Positions 9,701 through 19,143 of a DNA stretch of 64,000 nucleotides are shown piece by piece; the first letter of the stretch is position 1; each line of letters begins with the position of its first letter. The notes beneath the pieces are model-generated. The model was not told the DNA's origin, made no database searches, and was given only the letters and a program-made list of their open reading frames with translations. Source of the DNA: Candidatus Thalassarchaeaceae archaeon (lineage in GTDB: Archaea > Thermoplasmatota > Poseidoniia > Poseidoniales > Thalassarchaeaceae); assembly GCA_023700245.1 (NCBI GenBank), contig JAJPRE010000005.1, positions 7,106-71,105 on the forward strand. Direction: 5' to 3'. Position numbers and translations under genes: made by a program.

Positions 9701-12700
9701 TCAAACTTCCAGGGGTATCGACATAGAAGCCAACAGTAGCTTCTTGGCAATAATAGCGACCATATTCTCCTATTCCACAAGTGACTGCAATCGCAGGATT
9801 GTTATCATCGGAATCTGAGCCTGAAGGATAACCGTCACCATCAGCATCAGATGCTATATGTGTGTCAAAAATATTTAGAATTGAATCGTCATCTAAGTCC
9901 CTTTCTGCAGCATTTATGTATGACCACCTAGGCAAAGTAACATCTGTTGGAGATGATCCGATATCAAGAGATTGGATATCTCCTAAGCCCCAACATCGCA
10001 ACATATCATTACTTGTGGAAGAACAGGTGTAATGGCCCCCTGAAGAAACGCTTATTGGAAATTTACCGCCTGTGAAGGAGATAGCCGAAGGAGTATTTTG
10101 ACTACTATCAGTACCATCTCCTAGTTGTGAAAATGAGTTGTCCCCCCAGCATTTTAAAATATTTGTTGTATCCAAAACACAAGAATGAGAATTACCAAGA
10201 GATACTGAAGAAATTCCTGAAACTATATTTGAAATTGGAGAGTTTGAGTTTACATTTGTACCATCACCTAGTTGTCCTTCCGAATTACTACCCCAACAGC
10301 TTAGAGTAGTGTCACTAAGAATTGTGCAAGTATGCATATAACCAGTTGAAACGGCTACTGGAGTAGTAGATAGTGAGACTATAGTTGGAGTATATCTATC
10401 AGAAGTTGAAGAGTCCCCTAACTGGCCATGAGAGTTATCGCCCCAACACTTTAGATTGGGAGTATTTGTAATAGCGCAAGTATGACTTCCTCCCGTTGAA
10501 ATGGCTAATACTAAATCGGATCCCAAATCTACGGATGATGGATAATAGACAGAATTTGTAGTACCATCGCCTAACTGTCCATCAGAATTATCTCCCCAGC
10601 ATTTTAAATTAGCAGTTGCAAGTACAACACAAGTGTGATATGAACCAGCAGAAATAGTGACAGGAACATCAGAACCCAAATCAATATCCAAAGGAATTGA
10701 TGAGTCCAGTACTGAACCATCGCCCAACTGGCCTTGGGAATTACTTCCCCAACATTTTAGACTAGCATCATCCAATATTGCACAAGTATGAGAATTTCCA
10801 GAGGAAATTGAAACAGCAGTACGGCCGATGCCGAAATTCACAGGAGTCATAGTTTGTCTATCTGTAGTAGTTCCATCTCCCAATTGTCCTTCAGAATTGT
10901 CTCCCCAACAATTTACGGATGAGTCATCCAATATTGCACAAAAGTGACCATTGCCAGTTGAAAGTGTTGTTTCGGTAAATATGGAACCTTCTTGGAAACC
11001 AGGATCATTGAGGCTTCCCGAAACTGGTTGACTCATGTCAGTTAACATATAATTATCACTTACTGCTATTGCAAATTTTTGAGGACCTTCCGGAACGTTT
11101 GTCCCGGATACTATTATTTCCCAATCTCCTGCATCCGGACTATCTACTGATAGTCCTAGTAAATTATTAATATTTCCAGTTTTTTGACCATATATATTTC
11201 CGGAAGGATCTTTTAGCGTCATATCAAGATCATTGACTAGGCATTGTGTAGAACAGGAAGATACGCTGATATTATGTGAGTCAGTCCATGAAAGAATAAC
11301 ATCAAAAGAAGGAGTTCCGACAGGAATTGAGAGCCTGATTGACTTACTTTCGGAAGTTGCAATTTCTAATTGATCCAAAAAGGAGCTAGATATTGCATCT
11401 TGAACATTTATTCTTCCCCATCCTTCATGGTTATTTGGAGTTGTTTGAGCAGCGCCATTGGAGCCCCCATACTGACCTTCCATATCTACACTAGTGGCAC
11501 TAAAAATACCTTTTATAAGGGCTGAGCTTGGAGTTAAATAACCAGCATTATTCAAGTTTTCAATTAGCAGGGCAGCAGCACCCGCAGCCAAGGGAGTAGC
11601 CATTGAAGTCCCCGATTTATATGTGTAATCAGACCATTCTTCAGGATTACCGTCTCCATTCATATCAATATTTACCGGATTACCATCAGATTCACTTGAT
11701 AAAACAGAAACTACACGAGTTCCTGGGGCCACTAAATCAGGCTTTATTCTGCCATCTTGAGTTGGGCCCCTGTTGGAATTACACCAAACTCCATCAATAT
11801 TATTAGCTTCGTAATCTGAAGCAATAGGTTCAACGGGAAATTTGATTATGGTTCGCTGTCCATTCCCATCCTTTTCGAGATACAGATCACAAGTAATCAT
11901 GCTAGAAGGGCGATTATTTTCTGATGCACCAATAGAAAATCCATTTTTTGTTACTGCTTGGGGTTGTATCCAAGAAGTATCGATTTCTCCATCTGCATTA
12001 TAATCATTACCTTCATTCCCTAAAGCAAATAATATTACAAGATCTTCATAAGTATATGCTGCTTGATCTATTTGTTTTGAATACGAGGTATAATAGTTAG
12101 GACTCAAAGTTTCGGGGTCCGTGCCCCAAGAATTTGTTTGCACTCTAACGCCTGCTTCATAGGCCGGAGTTGCTATTCCTGATACAAAATTTGAAGGAGA
12201 ATAGAGGCCTGCAGGTCCACAAGGTCCTAATTCATCCATTGCATAAAACCATAATTCCGATTCATATGCCATACCTTTGAAAAATCCTCCAGAATTTGAG
12301 CCATCGCCTACTGCAGAGCCAGCAACATGAGTGCCGTGACCATTGATGTCTGCAGGATCGTCGTCGTCGCAACCCCTGCTTGCAGGCGCATTGGAGCCGG
12401 TTATGATAGTCTTTATTCTACCAGAGAAATCAGAGTTGATAGTGGGATTATTGACATTGCATGATGAAATTGAAGTACATAAGTTAGCATTATCAAGGCC
12501 TGAATCAGCAACTCCTATTATTACTCCATCTCCTGTAAGTACATTGCCAGACCCGCCCATGTAAGAAGCATCCCAAACATGATCTATGCCAAGAATTTCG
12601 GCAGCTTTATCATCAAATAGTCGTGCTGGATATTTTGGTTCCATCCACTCAACGTACTCCTGATTAGATAGCCAAAGTATTTCCTTCTCATCCACAACGA

Positions 12701-13364
12701 CTTCCGCATAAATATCTTCAAGCATCATCAAATTGATGCCATGCCCCAATAAATTATGACCTTCTTCGGGCCCGGAAAGAATAATATTAATAACAAATTT
12801 TCCCCCCTCTTTCATACTCCCATAATCTTCACCATTCATTATTGGGACCAAATCAGGGGCTAGTTTGTCAATCACATCAAGTTGAAAAGATCCGATGACC
12901 CCCAAATCTGCAAGCTCATAAGGAGATTTCTGACTGACATGACAATGGAATCCTTGAGGTGGCAAGTAAGAGTAGCATGCGATTCCTGAATCTGCCAAAC
13001 TTTCTTTCCAATTCGATGGGACTGGATAATCGTGAGCAAGCACATACCAACCATCCATAATATTTTGATTTGTAATTTTAGACCAGTCATTTATTGGCAC
13101 ATAATTAGCAGTCCTATAGAATAGGTAAGCCTCACCAATGTTATTTTTATCCTCCCAGCCATGAGAACTGTCCGATAAATCAGGAGATATTAAGAAATTA
13201 CCTTTATCATCATATTTTACAGAAATATCGGAGAGTGATTGTTGATGATTTGAAGAGTCCTTCATTGGATATTCAGATGCAGCCACGGTAAGTACCGTAG
13301 GTAAAAGAATTAACAATACAAGGGTCAAAGATATCGGAGTACTTGCCCTGCTCCCTCTACCCAT
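6795..13364 (-). CDS. Large membrane-anchored S8 (subtilisin, KP-43-like) serine protease with two RCC1-like propellers, Cys-rich repeats and thrombospondin type-3-like repeats
   Basis: Signal peptide; triad motifs VADSG, GHGTHVAG, SGTSMATP; 14 HxC...CWGxNxxGQLGxG repeats; DxDxDG repeats; C-terminal TM helix. Start set at MGRGS. Confidence 0.9.
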   Translation of the reverse strand: MGRGSRASTPISLTLVLLILLPTVLTVAASEYPMKDSSNHQQSLSDISVKYDDKGNFLISPDLSDSSHGWEDKNNIGEAYLFYRTANYVPINDWSKITNQNIMDGWYVLAHDYPVPSNWKESLADSGIACYSYLPPQGFHCHVSQKSPYELADLGVIGSFQLDVIDKLAPDLVPIMNGEDYGSMKEGGKFVINIILSGPEEGHNLLGHGINLMMLEDIYAEVVVDEKEILWLSNQEYVEWMEPKYPARLFDDKAAEILGIDHVWDASYMGGSGNVLTGDGVIIGVADSGLDNANLCTSISSCNVNNPTINSDFSGRIKTIITGSNAPASRGCDDDDPADINGHGTHVAGSAVGDGSNSGGFFKGMAYESELWFYAMDELGPCGPAGLYSPSNFVSGIATPAYEAGVRVQTNSWGTDPETLSPNYYTSYSKQIDQAAYTYEDLVILFALGNEGNDYNADGEIDTSWIQPQAVTKNGFSIGASENNRPSSMITCDLYLEKDGNGQRTIIKFPVEPIASDYEANNIDGVWCNSNRGPTQDGRIKPDLVAPGTRVVSVLSSESDGNPVNIDMNGDGNPEEWSDYTYKSGTSMATPLAAGAAALLIENLNNAGYLTPSSALIKGIFSATSVDMEGQYGGSNGAAQTTPNNHEGWGRINVQDAISSSFLDQLEIATSESKSIRLSIPVGTPSFDVILSWTDSHNISVSSCSTQCLVNDLDMTLKDPSGNIYGQKTGNINNLLGLSVDSPDAGDWEIIVSGTNVPEGPQKFAIAVSDNYMLTDMSQPVSGSLNDPGFQEGSIFTETTLSTGNGHFCAILDDSSVNCWGDNSEGQLGDGTTTDRQTMTPVNFGIGRTAVSISSGNSHTCAILDDASLKCWGSNSQGQLGDGSVLDSSIPLDIDLGSDVPVTISAGSYHTCVVLATANLKCWGDNSDGQLGDGTTNSVYYPSSVDLGSDLVLAISTGGSHTCAITNTPNLKCWGDNSHGQLGDSSTSDRYTPTIVSLSTTPVAVSTGYMHTCTILSDTTLSCWGSNSEGQLGDGTNVNSNSPISNIVSGISSVSLGNSHSCVLDTTNILKCWGDNSFSQLGDGTDSSQNTPSAISFTGGKFPISVSSGGHYTCSSTSNDMLRCWGLGDIQSLDIGSSPTDVTLPRWSYINAAERDLDDDSILNIFDTHIASDADGDGYPSGSDSDDNNPAIAVTCGIGEYGRYYCQEATVGFYVDTPGSLIKVPASPGNYVDTNGATSQSPCSIGTFQKLSGMDKCDDANAGYYVSSIGSSAQIACSGGTYNPLTGSNSPTDCIGSDPGFNVPILTDVNAGNLHSCAILDDGAIRCWGSNGNGQLGDGSRDDKLTPTVVNTPLGRIAISVSTGLAHSCAIFDDGSLRCWGDNSQGQLGDGTTVERTAPTLVKLGNGRSASSITLGQTHTCSILDDNSVKCWGGNANGQLGDGSTSDRNIPTKILFDGSDVISLSAGSYHTCAILINSSIECWGDNWHGQLGDGSNDRQLTPKSLGSQYQSRSISSGAFHTCSIMINNSLYCWGFNSGGQLGNGNYDNFNLPNPVPLSENQIPSIVESGFHHTCSVLDGGNVICWGDNAKGQLGDGTNDNRIIADEVDIPIGRSALSISVGQRHSCAILDDATLYCWGYNSNGQLGNGNIVDNNAPENIDLNHGSGFQTPCNPGTYQPSSGQTSCSLAAKGYDAPNSSSLDQSPCKIGHYSNIRGLASCAEASLGYYVETVMAMDQIACPELKSTIRTASNSLNDCILDTDGDSIVDINDLDDDNDGVPDVIDFDPLDPNVSADTDSDQIPDNIDPDDDNDGVNDTYTLQTLDSNGNIVYQVIIMDAFPLDRTEWSDTDSDGIGDNTDQDDDNDGRTDNFDTFSSNKFEWSDYDGDQLGDNFDADDDGDGVCDTNTGTSFVDSSNNNYGSNHNIGSLSILTSMGEEVPLMHPSVLNYLPSSYPLIYPSDFVNLSNGHPVYIITLEYCNLLGDEFPLDPSEYIDTDGDTQGNNLDKDDDNDGYEDSNDSFELDPNEWSDLDGDNKGDNFDLFDNDPLEWMDSDGDSVGDNSDGCIFEPGLNSSYVDITHLLAIGNIIGCIPDPNLNIVEEEELEIPEFSSIDFLDLDNDGEINLLDIDDDGDNIPDTQDSHPYDPTRPFNQDVYLLITLISIFLILMLFRLVNWQKTKIAKFRSKRIHLE
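8385..9445 (-). repeat. Seven RCC1/BLIP-II-like repeats (propeller 2)
   Basis: Seven units of H(S/T)C.I.....CWG.N..GQLG(D/N)G. Confidence 0.85.
9985..10970 (-). repeat. Seven RCC1/BLIP-II-like repeats (propeller 1)
   Basis: Seven units of HTC.....C WG.N..GQLGDG; the last is degenerate. Confidence 0.85.
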
Positions 13365-13500
13365 GTTTAATGTACGTAGTAGGAAGGGCATTAAAACTAC
13401 TGATTGATTTATGTTTTTATAAGTATAATTATGCATCTTTAACTATAAAATATTAATATGCAGGGAACAGGAATATAGGCCATGACTTCTTGGGTTAAAT

Positions 13501-15624
13501 ATGAAGGGAGAGAAGATTCCGGCAATGGAAAATAATCTCCAAAATTCAGAAGAGGATTCTTTGGATAAAGAATTGGAAAAAATAAGAAATAGGAGATTAA
13601 ATGCCGACAAAACATTTCTTGTTAATACCCTCATACCTAGAAAAAGCGATGACTATACATTGATTTTTGGAGTAATATGTGGTGCAATATTCTTCGGAGG
13701 GATATTCATAACATCTTCGGGCTTAATAACTCCAGATTCAATCATGGTTGATAATAGTATATCAGGGACTTTCTTGGACTCAGAAGACTGCACAGATAGA
13801 AGATACGAAGTATACTTCGACATATTTGCAATTGATGAAAATATAAGAATTAAAAGCCATCATGTAAATGAAGAATTAACATCAATTATGATAGTTGATT
13901 TTTCAAGTAAAGACGACATAAATAATACATTAGAATATGTTTTCGGGGGTATGGGCGATCTAGAGAATACATTTGATTCCAAAAATATAAATGATGGACA
14001 TTATGAGATAATTGTCAATATTTATATCTATGATGAAGAAGTAAATCTATCACATTTATCGGAAGATATTTTATTAAAATACATAGAAAATGGCACTTAT
14101 ATTGACAATATTAGTAAAATTGTCGACCTACATATGGAGAGTAGAATCACTAATGAAATTCCCATTCTTAAAATCATAAGTTTTGGAAATTGGGGGAATT
14201 CTGAACTTCAAAAAATTCCAGAAATAAGTGACGATGAGCCTCGGGCATGTATGTCGATCCAAGAATTGGGCATTTGGGGCTGGGCGTTAATGGGATTAGA
14301 ATGGGCTGGAGGAAGAGAGACAGCAATGTTGACTGGCGGTAGTGCAGGAGTCCCTCCTTGGTGGCTAGCTTCGGTTTCACTTGGAATGTCAATATTCTTT
14401 CTATGCGTTCAATATCCGTTAATGCATAGGCTATATCATAGAGAAGTTGATGATTTATTATCAACAAGGCAAATGAAGAGGATGTTGCAAAAGGTTTTAC
14501 AAAAATCTTCTAATGAATTAAGAATTAACTTCGATTTAAATGATTTTAAAATACAAGATAGACCACTTTCAGTAGATGCATTGGTACATTACAAAACTAC
14601 AAGCAAGACAATAGCAAGTCCGATGGAAGTAAAGACTAGGATGATTACGGATATTTTAGAAGAGTTTGCAATATTTGGTGAAATGAGGCCGATTCAATTG
14701 AAATCATTATGTACGGACATAAAAGATTCAAAAGTTTCCAATATAGTAATTAATTCTCAACTAATAATTGATGATTTTGGCCAAATACCGTTATCTGAAG
14801 ATTATTCAGAATTTTTCGGATCGGTAAGTAAATTCGGCAAGTTAGAGGAAGAATTTAGGGGCGTGATGAAAAAATGGTTAAGACAAAATCATCTTGTAGA
14901 TTATGGATCAGCAATAATGTCTGACGAAGATTCCGTATTTGTCAGAGTAATCTATCAACCTGCACAAAGATTTGCTTACTTTTCATTCAAATCCAACTAT
15001 AATGAATTACAAAATAATCTTGAAAGCAAGTTAAAATTTAAATTGCAAGATCATATAGGAAATAGGACATTAATAGTGAGTGCAAGAAATGAGAAGTCGA
15101 CACTAGCGGACTATGCGAATCCCGGAAGAGTTGAGCAAGGAACAGCTGAATTATCGGGAGAGGCGATGGTTGCCAAGAGGGGAGGCATCCCGGGAGCATT
15201 GTTGCAAAATCCATTCATGGGAGATATTCTTTCTTCTGTCGAATATGTGGCACTAAAGAACCGAAAGAGAATTGATAAATATGGATTTTGGGGGCTTATA
15301 GTATTCGTTTGGATACCATTCATGGCCAGCGGAGTTCTAGTTGGTGCAATGTTAGGATTGGTGGCTAGAATGAGATTTGAGCGAGTTTTGGCTGCTTGCC
15401 TACTCGGAGGATCAGCGGCATCAATAACTTGGGCATATAGTGCAAAAGGAATAATAGAATTCATGGAAAAATATCATGCTGAAGCATTTATTCCATTCCT
15501 GATATTCTTAGTTTTTGCATTTACAATAATTCACCTTAGAAATAATAAAAGACGAAGAAGAGAGGAATTATTTAGAGATTCAATGGCATTTTTCTCTGGT
15601 TCATATCCAACTACGGATAAGTAA
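13501..15624 (+). CDS. Multi-domain membrane protein with a C-terminal COG2426/small multidrug export-like domain
   Basis: 707-aa ORF with N-terminal and central TM helices. C-terminal GFWGLIVFVWIPFMASGVLVG resembles the COG2426 motif. Confidence 0.6.
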   Translation: MKGEKIPAMENNLQNSEEDSLDKELEKIRNRRLNADKTFLVNTLIPRKSDDYTLIFGVICGAIFFGGIFITSSGLITPDSIMVDNSISGTFLDSEDCTDRRYEVYFDIFAIDENIRIKSHHVNEELTSIMIVDFSSKDDINNTLEYVFGGMGDLENTFDSKNINDGHYEIIVNIYIYDEEVNLSHLSEDILLKYIENGTYIDNISKIVDLHMESRITNEIPILKIISFGNWGNSELQKIPEISDDEPRACMSIQELGIWGWALMGLEWAGGRETAMLTGGSAGVPPWWLASVSLGMSIFFLCVQYPLMHRLYHREVDDLLSTRQMKRMLQKVLQKSSNELRINFDLNDFKIQDRPLSVDALVHYKTTSKTIASPMEVKTRMITDILEEFAIFGEMRPIQLKSLCTDIKDSKVSNIVINSQLIIDDFGQIPLSEDYSEFFGSVSKFGKLEEEFRGVMKKWLRQNHLVDYGSAIMSDEDSVFVRVIYQPAQRFAYFSFKSNYNELQNNLESKLKFKLQDHIGNRTLIVSARNEKSTLADYANPGRVEQGTAELSGEAMVAKRGGIPGALLQNPFMGDILSSVEYVALKNRKRIDKYGFWGLIVFVWIPFMASGVLVGAMLGLVARMRFERVLAACLLGGSAASITWAYSAKGIIEFMEKYHAEAFIPFLIFLVFAFTIIHLRNNKRRRREELFRDSMAFFSGSYPTTDK

Positions 15625-15699
15625 TAATAAAAAATAAATTATATTAATAAAATAAATATTTTTGAGAATATTAGGAATCTCTTACAATGAGGAAAAAAT

Positions 15700-16479
15700 A
15701 TGAGAATAGTGACATGGAATTTGAATGGTATAAGGGCTGCTCATCGTAAAGGGCTTGATGATTTCATAGAGAAGATCGATAGTGATATTTGGCTATTCCA
15801 AGAAGTTAGAGCATTGCCTGAACAAATGCCTGATGATTGGAATCCTCCGGAAAAACATGAAATAATTTGGCATCCTGCCCAAAAAAAGGGATATTCAGGA
15901 GTCTCTACATGGTCAAGGATAGGAATTTCAGATGAGGGACGTGGAATAAAAACTAATGTAGATCCTGATGATTCAGAAGGAAGAGTGCTGCACACAAAAC
16001 ATGGCAGTTTACATTGCATCAACATATATCTTCCTAATGGTGGCGCCAATATTGAAAGGCAGAAATTCAAGGATAAATGGTTAGAAGATTTACTTATCTG
16101 GGCTAAGAAATTCATAGATATCAAAGAGCCAGTAATTATATGTGGTGATCTCAATATCGCGCATATGGAAAATGATATTTGGAATCCCTCTGGTAATAAA
16201 AATACATCAGGATTTCTAATGCATGAGAGAGAATGGTTTACTAGATTTCTATCCTCAGGTTGGCATGATTTGTTAAGAATCAAATTTGGCAAAATAAAAG
16301 GACCATATTCTTGGTGGTCTAACCGTGGACAAGCAAGAGCATTAAACAGGGGTTGGCGAATTGATTACGTGCTTGCTAATGCAGCGGCCCTGGAGATTTT
16401 TGAAGATATAGAAATATTAAGGGAGGGCGGCTTGATTGTCTCTGATCATGCTCCACTAATTGTTGATTTAAGATTATAG
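15700..16479 (+). CDS. xth: Exodeoxyribonuclease III (AP endonuclease)
   Basis: WNLNGIRA, QE, GYSGV, GDLNIAH, GWRIDY and SDHAP motifs. Confidence 0.95.
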   Translation: MRIVTWNLNGIRAAHRKGLDDFIEKIDSDIWLFQEVRALPEQMPDDWNPPEKHEIIWHPAQKKGYSGVSTWSRIGISDEGRGIKTNVDPDDSEGRVLHTKHGSLHCINIYLPNGGANIERQKFKDKWLEDLLIWAKKFIDIKEPVIICGDLNIAHMENDIWNPSGNKNTSGFLMHEREWFTRFLSSGWHDLLRIKFGKIKGPYSWWSNRGQARALNRGWRIDYVLANAAALEIFEDIEILREGGLIVSDHAPLIVDLRL

Positions 16480-16546
16480 AAATATTGAATAATAAAAATT
16501 AAATTTAAAAACGATACTTTTCAAGAAAGAACCCTTTCCATTGGTC

Positions 16547-17341
16547 ATGATGAAGGGACTCGAAACACGTCTGGAGCAAATTTTACCCGGTGGAAAGGGT
16601 GTTTGGATCCCAATTGATCACGGAATTTCCAATTATCCCGAAGTGGGATTAGAAAATATTAATTCTACAATTAAAATATTAATTGATAGTGGTGTTGATG
16701 CAATAGTCCTTCACAAAGGTGTATTAAGTCATCAGAAAAAATTGACCGAATGGGATGGTTTCGTTTGTCATGTATCTGCATCAACTGTGCATGGAGGCAG
16801 TAGGTCTGGAGAAAAAGTTAGTATCGCAACCGCAGAAGAATGCTTGGACAGAGGTGCAATTGCTGTTTCTGGACAAATAAATATCGGAGACCCTTCTGAG
16901 CCGGATATGCTATTGGAAATGGGAGATTTGACAACTGATGCCTGGGCACTTGGAATGCCAGTACTGGGAATGATGTATCCGAGAGGGGTTAATATGAAAA
17001 TTGGCCCTGATGACTCAACAAATGGAGTTGCACATGCTGCAAGATTGGCATGGGAAATAGGTTGCAATGTTGTAAAGGTCCCATGGACTGGTTCAATAGA
17101 TTCATTTAGAAATGTGACAAACTCAGTACCAATACCAGTTTTGATTGCTGGAGGAATAAATGAATCGTCCTTCGGGGAATTATTAAAAATAGTAGAAAAA
17201 TCAATTCAAGCCGGCGGTAGTGGAGTCTGCATAGGCAGACAAGTATTTGGATCAGAAAACCCTGAATTATGCATTAAGGCACTTAAGGCGATAGTACATG
17301 AAGGAATTAGCGCTAAAGATGCAACTAAATTTTTAGAGTAG
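16547..17341 (+). CDS. aroA': 2-amino-3,7-dideoxy-D-threo-hept-6-ulosonate synthase (class I DhnA-type aldolase)
   Basis: PIDHG, MMYPRG, HAARLA.E.G, Schiff-base Lys in VVKVP and IGRQVF motifs; adjacent to DHQ synthase II. Confidence 0.85.
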   Translation: MMKGLETRLEQILPGGKGVWIPIDHGISNYPEVGLENINSTIKILIDSGVDAIVLHKGVLSHQKKLTEWDGFVCHVSASTVHGGSRSGEKVSIATAEECLDRGAIAVSGQINIGDPSEPDMLLEMGDLTTDAWALGMPVLGMMYPRGVNMKIGPDDSTNGVAHAARLAWEIGCNVVKVPWTGSIDSFRNVTNSVPIPVLIAGGINESSFGELLKIVEKSIQAGGSGVCIGRQVFGSENPELCIKALKAIVHEGISAKDATKFLE

Positions 17342-18294
17342 TGGAAAATATGGAGTTGTGGATTGAGGATATAAACTCTAACTCTGGCGAGTTAGGCAAT
17401 CATGCTGACCGTTTATGGAGAGGGGATGCCCCTGACGTTGCAGAAATTAATTTGAGTGATTATAAATCTCAAGAAGAAGCAATTTCAATGATAGGGATTG
17501 TACCGTGGATATTGGTTAAATGTAAAAATTGGAAAATGATACCATTGGAGAATTTGATTTCGAAATCTTTAGGCTCAGGCACTAAGATAGTAGTTTCCAT
17601 TACTGATGAAATAGATGTATTAGGAGTATCCTTCGCACTTCAACATGGAGTTGATGCATTATTATTACCTCCAATAAAAGAAATTTGGGATAAGGCTTTG
17701 AAAGTTAATGAAAGTAAGAAAAATATTAAATTTTTAGAGAAAAAAGTCACTTCAAAATTATCATGTGCTAAGGTAACTTCAATCGAGTCCGGAGGATTTG
17801 GAGAAAGAGTTTGTATTGACTTGATAGAAAGATTAATTCATGGCGAAGGAATGTTAATTGGTTCAGTATCTGAAATTCTCTGCTTAGTACATGGAGAAAC
17901 TATTCCTTCCGAATATGTCCCATCTAGGCCATTTAGAGTAAATGCAGGCCCTGTTCATTCATATATTTTAATGGCAGATGGTAGGACAAAATATCTGAAT
18001 GAATTAAAAGCAGGTAATCAAGTTACGATAATAAATTCAAAGGGTGAGGAAAGATCTGCATCGATAGGTAGAATCAAAATTGAAAGGCGACCATTCCTTA
18101 AAATTGGATATAAATATGATGAAATTCATGGTAATTTAATAACTCAACAAGCAGAAACTGTTAGAATTGTGTCCGATTTGAATCATATCAAATCTGTGAC
18201 TGAACTAGTAATTGGAGATGAATTATTGGTACGCATAGACTCAAGAATGAGGCATATTGGTAATCCGTTGATAGGAGATATAAGAGAAATATGA
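17341..18294 (+). CDS. aroB': 3-dehydroquinate synthase II (archaeal type)
   Basis: WKMIPLENL, GERVCID, SRPFRVNAGPVHSY, GRIKIERRP, QQAETVR and RHIG motifs. Confidence 0.92.
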   Translation: MENMELWIEDINSNSGELGNHADRLWRGDAPDVAEINLSDYKSQEEAISMIGIVPWILVKCKNWKMIPLENLISKSLGSGTKIVVSITDEIDVLGVSFALQHGVDALLLPPIKEIWDKALKVNESKKNIKFLEKKVTSKLSCAKVTSIESGGFGERVCIDLIERLIHGEGMLIGSVSEILCLVHGETIPSEYVPSRPFRVNAGPVHSYILMADGRTKYLNELKAGNQVTIINSKGEERSASIGRIKIERRPFLKIGYKYDEIHGNLITQQAETVRIVSDLNHIKSVTELVIGDELLVRIDSRMRHIGNPLIGDIREI

Positions 18295-19127
18295 ATTCTT
18301 TGGGAACTGGGGAATCCAATGGGGCAATATCCATATTACACGCACTAGGGACTGGTAAGGGCTGTTCAATAGGAGTAGAACTCTGTACTAAAGTAGAAAT
18401 AATGGATGAAAAAATAATCAACACTGAAGATAAACATGGGCTTCTTGAATCCGTGATATCTTGTTGGAAAGATGCTGGATTACCTGTTCCCGATAGATTT
18501 GGTTGGAAGGTATCTACCGATATTCCGATTGGCCAAGGATTAAAATCTAGTTCAGCACTAGCTTGTGCTGCATTAAAAGCATTAAATTCCACATTTATGA
18601 CAAAATTAGATGATTGTCAAATAATAGATTTAGCAGTAGAAGCGCAGATTCGTTCTAATTGCACAATAAGTGGAAGTATTGACGATACTTGGGCATCCAT
18701 AAGTACTGGATGGAAATTAATAGATTCTTCAAAAAAAGCCTCAAATTCTATTTTTCTCCAGGGGGACATAGAAGATAGTTTTTCCATCATAATTTGTACA
18801 AGAGGTGCAAGAAACGTGACAATAAAATCAATTTTATTTCAGGATTATCAATCATTATTTAAAAAATCATCATTAATGGTTGAAAGAGGAGAAATATTCG
18901 AAGCTATGACGACCAATGGCGTGGCAGTTGCTGGAGTTACAAATGATCATGATGCAATTAGAATATGTAATTTAGCAATAATTAATGGTGCAATATCGGC
19001 TGGAATTTCTGGCTCTGGACCTGCGATTGCAATAATTTGTTACAATGAAGATATTGATAAAATTGAAAAAATATTAACGTCTGAAAAAAGAGAGATAATT
19101 AAAACAAAATTTTTAACAAAATTATAG
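18291..19127 (+). CDS. aroK: Archaeal shikimate kinase (GHMP family)
   Basis: GAISILHALGTGKG, PIGQGLKSSSA, GSIDD and GISGSGPA motifs; in the aro cluster. Confidence 0.92.
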   Translation: MNSLGTGESNGAISILHALGTGKGCSIGVELCTKVEIMDEKIINTEDKHGLLESVISCWKDAGLPVPDRFGWKVSTDIPIGQGLKSSSALACAALKALNSTFMTKLDDCQIIDLAVEAQIRSNCTISGSIDDTWASISTGWKLIDSSKKASNSIFLQGDIEDSFSIIICTRGARNVTIKSILFQDYQSLFKKSSLMVERGEIFEAMTTNGVAVAGVTNDHDAIRICNLAIINGAISAGISGSGPAIAIICYNEDIDKIEKILTSEKREIIKTKFLTKL

Positions 19128-19143
19128 AAATAGGTGACATGAT

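Noticed and set aside
8385..10970. Recurring CCCCAGCA / CCATCTCC DNA motifs, considered as DGR template/variable repeats
   Set aside because: They are codons of the RCC1 consensus (CWG, GDG). There is no reverse transcriptase in the window and no obvious adenine-specific pair.
6704..13364. Possible genomic island integrated at tRNA-Leu
   Set aside because: I found no integrase and no duplicated tRNA 3' end in the window, and the neighbouring gene is a typical host-type protease.
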